This document shows positions 10,556 to 64,000 of a stretch of DNA of 64,000 nt, piece by piece. Origin of the DNA: Octopus sinensis. Taxonomy: Eukaryota. The stretch covers positions 62,001-126,000 of the forward strand of contig NW_021832383.1 of NCBI RefSeq assembly GCF_006345805.1, read 5' to 3'. The number at the start of each line of letters is the position of its first letter. Position 1 is the stretch's first letter. Both the position numbers and the translations under genes were made by a program. Below the pieces are notes generated by a model. That model saw only the letters and a list, made by a program, of their open reading frames with translations, was not told where the DNA came from and made no database searches.

Positions 10556-13091
10556 ATTCTTCTGGTTTTATATTCTGAATTCTAATTCTGCCGAGATCGA
10601 CTTTGCCCTTCATTTTTGCGGGATCAATAAAATAAGTAATAGTTGAGCACCGAGGTCAATATAATCAACTTCTATCTCCACTTTAAAACTGCTTGCCCAG
10701 TGCCAAAATTTGAAACCATTATTATTATTACAGGAAAAGCTGCAAACTGGTTGAAGCATTTGCATGCGGAACAAAATTCTGTAAAACTTTGCTTTTCGTC
10801 CTTTCGGGGTCGATGAAATAAGCACCAGTTACGCACTGGGGTCGATGTAATCAACTGGCCCTGTCCTCGAAATTTATAAAATCTGGAATTATATTCTATG
10901 CATAAGGACAGATGTAATGCCATATATATTTGAAAGTGAGGGGGCATAAATGAGACCATAACCCTCATGAAAATTCATGTTTTGCTGTTGATGAAATGTT
11001 AACCATAGATATTACACACAAATGAGGCAATATTTCTAAAATTTCAAATTCTTAGAGGTTAGTAACACCCCTTAACACCCACAATTTAGTCATTTTTTTC
11101 TAAGCCAAGATTAATACAATTGTACTCTTGGAAGCTGTTGGGTCACCCAAGCATAAAAGATGAGCATCATTTGTAATTCAGTGGTACAACAGTGTAAGAC
11201 TTTGCTTAGATTGCGATTTCTGCAATGTGGTGCATAAATTGTCAAGTAAAGGAGAGGCATCTTTGCCTCCACTGATTCAGTTGCAAAGTGTTGAGTAAAG
11301 TTTTTTGGTTGCAGACCTCCTTTGAGTCATTTTATTACCAGAGATAGTCCCCAGATGGGGGGATTGATTTCAAGGCCCCATTGATTACATCGACCCCAGT
11401 GCGTAACTGGTACTTAATTTATTGACCCCGAAAGGATGAAAGACAAAGTCGACCTCGACCGAATTTGAACTCGGAACGTAAAGACGGGTGAAATACCTAT
11501 TTCTTTACTACCCAGAAGGGGTTAAACACAGAGAGGTCAAACAAGGACAGACAAACGGATTAAGTCGATTACATCGACCCCAGTGCGTAACTGGTACTTA
11601 ATTTATCATTGATTTAACATTGATTTCAAGGCCCTCCTAGATAAGCGACTGGTCATGCAAAGAGATTTATAGACTTCAAATTTATTCTTTTCAGTTACAT
11701 AGTGATCATTGGCAAACTTCAGAGGTGACATTTTCATTTCCCCTTAGCCCTCACATCATACAGTTGTTAATATTTATTTGAGTTGGGTCACGTCCTTCCA
11801 ATTGCTATACATCCGTAATGCATCTTATGGCTGTGCCTGTCACCTGTTTGGTGAGGAATTCTACATTGGGGAGTGGTAATGACTGGGGTAGGGTAGCTGA
11901 CTGCTTATTGTGATCATTCATCTTTTGGTTTCTTCTAGCTTTGCTCTCTTTTACAAACCCAGTGAACACACATTTATTTCAGATTTGAAAGAAATTTGAA
12001 CAATAGATATGAGGCTCAAGTTAAAAAGATTCAAGCAATTCAACTTCTCTGGTTGACTTAAAGATACCCCCCAGTAGGAGCCTTAACTCCAGCATTTTAG
12101 AGCTCCATTTTTCAGGAGCAAAAATTTTTTAATAGGTTCCATAATATTTTAATTTTGGAATCTGGGCATAAAGATGAGTAGCATGGGATAAATGTGTCAA
12201 GATTAGAATTTTGTTAGGGTGTCTAAAGAGGGAAAGAACCCTCATTAAAAATCTTCATCTGCAATTTTGATGAAATTCGAATCACAGATATTCCAGTTCA
12301 TTAGAGAAAATAAGAAAGAAAAGTCTAATTCTTCAGTTCCATATGACATTGGCAACGCCGAGTATCTCTGCTAGTAAATTTATAAAGTAAGCTATGAAAA
12401 GTAAAGCGCTATATTGAATTTTACAGATTCATATAAATACATTTCTAAAGTAGGGTTTGTTTGATATTAAAGTCCTTAAAATATTTTATATCGAACCATG
12501 TATACAGTATAATGTTTATAGGGAGAGAATTAAACCAAGAAAAGTAAACAATGTAGGAGTGGCTGTGTGGTAAGTAGCTTGCTTACAAACCACATGGTTC
12601 CGGGTTCAGTCCCACTGCGTGGCACCTTGGGCAAGTGTCTTCTACTATAATTCGGGCCGACCAAAGCCTTGTGGGTGGATTTGGTAGACGGAAACTGAAA
12701 GATGCCCGTCGTATATATGTATATATATATGTATGTATGTGTGTGTATACATGTTTGTGTGTCTGTGTTTGTCCCCCCCAACATCGCTTGTCAACCGATG
12801 CTGGTGTGTTTACGTCCCCGATACTTAGCGGTTCGGCAAAAGAGACCGATAGAATAAGTACTTAGGCTTACAAAGAATAAGTCCTGGGGTCGATCTGCTC
12901 GATTAAAGGCGGTGCTCCAGCATGGCCACAGTCAAATGACTGAAACAAGTAAAAGAGAAACATGATTTTATTTAACAGATACCGGTACAAATTAATATAT
13001 TTCGAAAGCAGAGTCTGTTTAACCTTGGTCAATCGACGTAAAAAGTACAGAACGAAACCATCTTCAAAAACAGGGTCTGTGTACTCAATAC

Positions 13092-13813
13092 AGGGTAGTG
13101 TTTTGCCTATAATTTCTGGATTTGTGGAAATTCCGGAATTCTGGAAGCCGAATAAGACCCCGAGGTCCGGTAGTATATTAGCTATGCAATGCCTGAGATA
13201 CTGAAGGGATTGCCACGGGGCGGGGGAATCCGTTTTAATGAAAAGTCTTCCTAATCAAAGGTGACATAGCAGGGGTAGTGTTTTGCCTATAATTTCTGGA
13301 TTTGTGGAAATTCCGGAATTCTGGAGAGCCGGATAAGACCCCGAGGTCCGGTAGTATATTAGCTACGCAATGCCTGAGATACTGAAGGGATGATTGCCAC
13401 GGGGGCGGGGGAATCCGTTTTAATGAAAAGTCTTCCTAATCAAAGGTAACATAGCAGGGGTAGTGTTTTGCCTATAATTTCTGGATTTGTGGAAATTCCG
13501 GATTTGTGGAAGCCGGATAAGACCCTGAAGTCCGGTAGTATATTAGCTACGCAATGCCTGAGATACTGAAGGGATTAGAATCCGTTTTAATGAAAAGTAT
13601 TCTTAATCAAAGGTGAGATAGCAGGGGTAGTGTTTTGCTTATAATTTCTGGATTTGTGGAAATTCCGGATTTGTGGAAGCCGGATAAGACCCCGAGGTAG
13701 GTCCGGTACTATATTAGCTACGCAATGCCTGAGATACTGAAGGGATGATTGCCACGGGGGTGGGGAATCCGTTTTAATGAAAAGTGTTGTTAATCAAAGG
13801 TGAGATAGCAGGG
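13092..13813. repeat. Tandem array, 4 units of 167-186 bp, immediately upstream of HSPA9 promoter
   Basis: Unit start GGGTAGTGTTTTGC recurs with T at 13096, 13276, 13461, 13628; array bounded by CAGGGT microhomology. Confidence 0.95.
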
Positions 13814-13923
13814 TGAGGATGATGAGGAGGAGAGCCTAAGTAAGTACAACGTTAGTAAGAGCAACAAGATAAAAAAAGAAAATATTCTGCAATGATGAGA
13901 GATTATTTCAGCAGAAAGAGTTG

Positions 13924-13980
13924 AGAATGTTCCGGAAATGAACAAGAGGTCAGTGGCACGCATGCGCAATCGAAGCTTCT
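13924..13980 (+). promoter_or_regulatory. HSPA9 proximal promoter: heat-shock element plus NRF-1-like site
   Basis: aGAAt-gTTCc-gGAAa at 13924-13938 (three alternating nGAAn units); CACGCATGCGCA at 13957-13968 (1 mismatch to YGCGCATGCGCR); cGAAgcTTCt at 13971-13980; about 125-180 bp upstream of the ATG. Confidence 0.7.
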
Positions 13981-14104
13981 TCTTTTAGAGTGAGAGACTT
14001 CTCTTGGTTCGGTCACACGTGTGTTCGAGGAAAAACCAGGGTTTTTGTTGGATCGCTGCGCTTTTTTCCCAAGTTTGCGGGTCCTTGCTTGATTTCTTCC
14101 AATC

Positions 14105-46318
<32,214 letters not shown>

Positions 46319-46752
46319 CATCATTAATATGCTTAATTAGTAACATAATTAATTTTTTTTTTCTTTGGTCTTTGTGAAGACTATGATGATGATGGTGTAG
46401 TCTATCTGATCTGCTCACAAAAGGGACTTGGAAGTCAAGTCTGTCCATTTTTATCATCAGTTAGGAGGTGATTTTAGTGTGGACTGGTTAGATAACATTT
46501 GTAAATAATTAGAAATATATCACGGGTTCTTAACCTATCTCCCCGTCTCCCCACCAACAAATTCATTCTGGACTACAAAGCCAGTTGCATTTTTGTTTCC
46601 CAAACTATTGTTTCTCTTTATCTCTGTATATCTGTTAAAATATTTGAGCCATTATCTATTCCACTAACAGTTTCCTGGACCTGTATAATGGACTTAAAAG
46701 ACAAAAGAAAGGGAAACTTGTTAGCCGCGTTACATTGAAGAAAAAAAAAATC

Positions 46753-46790
46753 ATTAAAAGTGATAATTTCATGGTTTGTTTTGTATTAAA
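46753..46790 (+). terminator. Candidate HSPA9 polyadenylation signals
   Basis: ATTAAA at 46753 and 46785 followed by a GT/T-rich tract near 46820-46845. Confidence 0.4.
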
Positions 46791-48457
46791 TTATTTTGTT
46801 CCTGATTAATACCATAAGATTTTTGTTTTGCTGTGTTTTTTTTTAATTATTTCATAGTTGGTTCTGTGAGGAAGAATTGGCACTTGACAACAAATTTGCC
46901 TTTTTTGTGCCACTGGCACGGAAGCCAGTTAGCCACTCTGTCAACGATTACACTCGTATGATGATCTTTGCATCCCGCTAGTACGGATGCTAGTCATCAA
47001 ATGTGATTTTGATTATCATGTATTTAACCCCTTTGATGCCAACTCACCTGATAACACCATTGCTTATTTCATACAGACTTCCCTTTTTAATGTGATTAAA
47101 GCCGAAGGCACAAGGCCTGAAATTTTGAGAGAGTAGGCTAAGTCAATTACAACAACCCCAGTATTTGACTGGTACTTGACTGTATATCGGGTGGAGCTGA
47201 GTTTGAATCTCATCAGAGATTTGTTGACCTCCAGTGTTGTGAACAGTAATTTGCTTGACAATTATATAGGGGCCGCCCTGTAAGAAAGTTCTCTGCTACC
47301 CTTTATCAATTATACCTCTGATGTGGCTTGCAGGATCCAAATCTAGCTTCTGTGGACTATTCTACCACGTGGTTTCTACAGATTGATGTATTTAAATTGC
47401 CAATCATTTTACAGTGAGTCAATGAATTTAGAATTTTCTTCTCTTAAGTCATTCGGACTCACTATCTTCCTAGATGGTAAAGCCCAACACTTTAAGAGCC
47501 AAATCCCTGATTGTATACAAGTTATGGATTCTAACCACCTTTATGTCTTTATCAATGCGGACACGTAAAATGTAGTCCAAAATAAGAACTACAATATTTG
47601 ATTCGATTTCGCTAAAGAAAACATTTCGATCTGAGAGAGTAGCCTCCCTTGTTCAGTCCACAGTAATATGCTGATAGTAATAACGAAGGTCATGTCTTTC
47701 GTAAAACAGCAGCAGCAGACAATTGAGGATCTAAACTGATTTTCAAGTCTTAGCATCATGCTCTCGTTCATTCTGCTGAATAAACTCGACAGTAATCATT
47801 GCTATCAAATCTTGCATTATTGTGTAGCTCTAATTTCAAGAATGACATTGTAGAGTAGGTGTGAGAGGCCAAATCTGGCCAGTTTAAATGCTAAAGGGTG
47901 TTGTATACAACTTGTGGTTGATACATTTCCTATCAGATGCTGCGCTTTAAATAGTATGTACACCACATGCTGGACGTAATTAGAGCCTTTTCTGAGGTTG
48001 AACAATTGACACCTAACAGCTAAGCAGACTGAGACAATCAACTAGTGTCATATCAAAAGCACCCATTCTGGTGCTGTGTAAATGTACTCAGACTCAGTAA
48101 AGTGGTTGGCATTAGGAAGGGCATCCAGGTCCTGTCAAACCGTCCAACCCATACCAGCATGGCAAAACAGACATTATGTAGCAAACAAGAGCAACAGACT
48201 TATTTTTTATATAAACAAATGTCTTTGGAAACACTATTTGTACCAATTCCACTGTTTTGCACACAGAAAGTGAAGTTTAAATTACAAAGCAAGTCAAAAA
48301 TTAATAGAAAACAAATGATTTTAATGATATAGAAAAAAAAAATTATGGATAGATTTGATTTGTAAATATTGATTTAGATCAGTCCAATAAGAATATAGAA
48401 GTTAATGGAAACTGTACAAAGGAACCGGATTCAAAGAATTTGAACACCCGTTAGCGC

Positions 48458-63093
<14,636 letters not shown>

Positions 63094-63401
63094 CTGCGAC
63101 AGAAAAGCACAAAAAAATGCGTAAAATAAAATGTCATGATGCAATCGCAAAATAATAATTATACACAATATCATATCCATAATCTGTTCAACAGGTTGTC
63201 TTTCAATTACTAAACAATCAGGTTGTAGAATTACCTTTCCAGGTTTAAACTATATATTTTCTGTGTGAGTTAGAGGTTGAGAAACCAACTAAGGGATAGT
63301 ACCTGTCCAATATACTGCTGGTAGTGTACCCAATTATTCATACCCAAATGCTAGCTATTGCATGGCAATCCTGCAGTTGAGTGGTTTACCCTTGATTTAT
63401 A

Positions 63402-63862
63402 CGGCAAATAAGAAAGTGGAGAGGATATGAAAATCGACAGACATCAGTCGGTAAGCATTCAAGTATGTCTATTTACTGATACACACACACATGTATTAGT
63501 GGTACCAATTCTCAAGTGGAAAGAGTTAGTAATTGGTAATTGCAAAAACAAGGCTATGGAAGCACATAGGAAGAAGTGATCAACTGAGCAGATGAACAAA
63601 TGAGTAAATGAGCATATTGTCTATAAAACCGAATGGGTGTGTAGGTGCTAGTTCCTATATCAATTGAGTAAATATGCTCATCTGCTTATATGCTTCCATA
63701 GCCTTGTTTTTGCAATTACCAATTACTCTTTCCACTTGATAATCTGTACCACTAATGCATGTGTGTGTATCAATCCGATACATTGGAATAAATAGATATA
63801 CTGGAATGTTTTACCAGCTGGTGTCTGTCGATTTCATATCCTCTCCACTCTATTATTTGCCC
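63402..63862. mobile_element. 461-bp foldback MITE with ~190-bp arms
   Basis: TA|CGGCAAATAAGAAAGTGGAGAGGATATGAAA ... TTTCATATCCTCTCCACTCTATTATTTGCCC|TA; inner arms GGTAATTGCAAAAACAAGGCTATGGAAGCA / TGCTTCCATAGCCTTGTTTTTGCAATTACC. Confidence 0.85.
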
Positions 63863-64000
63863 TATATATATATATATATATCAAGATATAACAGATCGCC
63901 ATGTTGATTCGCTAGCTTCTGCACGCATTTTTTTCTCTCCTTGTTTCTTTTCTGTGTATCTTTCTGTCGTAGAGCGTAGGCTCGAAACGTAAAAGACTTG

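Noticed and set aside
11040-11260. Possible CR1/L2 reverse-transcriptase remnant on - (TNDAHLY...SWLRKN)
   Set aside because: Resemblance to FADD..LY is too weak to support by eye.
13230-13320. Spliced-leader/snRNA-like layout across VNTR units (AAAG|GT donor, small stem, Sm-like ATAATTTCTGG)
   Set aside because: The leader-donor-Sm order exists only across unit junctions; in the single-unit ancestor implied by the CAGGGT boundaries the Sm-like word precedes the donor. SL trans-splicing is also not established in cephalopods.
13092-13813. CRISPR-like array
   Set aside because: Whole ~180-bp units repeat with no unique spacers; eukaryotic context, no cas genes.

Overview
AT-rich eukaryotic genomic DNA, not prokaryotic. 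The SINE/MITE/microsatellite profile suggests a coleoid cephalopod, most likely Octopus (inference from repeat content, not a database match). Two spliced genes converge tail-to-tail. (1) A complete mitochondrial HSP70 (HSPA9/mortalin) on +, 14105-46318. I assembled 17 coding exons by hand, all GT-AG, 2037 nt, 678 aa, with an N-terminal transit peptide. Its promoter has a perfect three-unit heat-shock element and an NRF-1-like site, about 110 bp downstream of a 4 x ~180 bp tandem array. (2) The last 10 coding exons of the spliceosomal helicase SNRNP200/Brr2 on -, 63093-48458, about 470 aa; the 5' part lies beyond the window. The rest is tRNA-type SINEs, RTE-LINE 3' ends, TTAA (piggyBac-like) and TA (Tc1/mariner-like) MITEs, Helitron-like elements, a decayed Penelope-like GIY-YIG fragment and microsatellites. 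Most ORFs in the supplied track are spurious read-throughs of repeats. I found no clear novel multi-gene system. The best leads are several minimal hammerhead-ribozyme-like motifs, the promoter VNTR, candidate restorative A-to-I recoding sites in SNRNP200, an inverted repeat bracketing HSPA9 exons 14-15, and SINE multimers with a recurrent palindromic junction.
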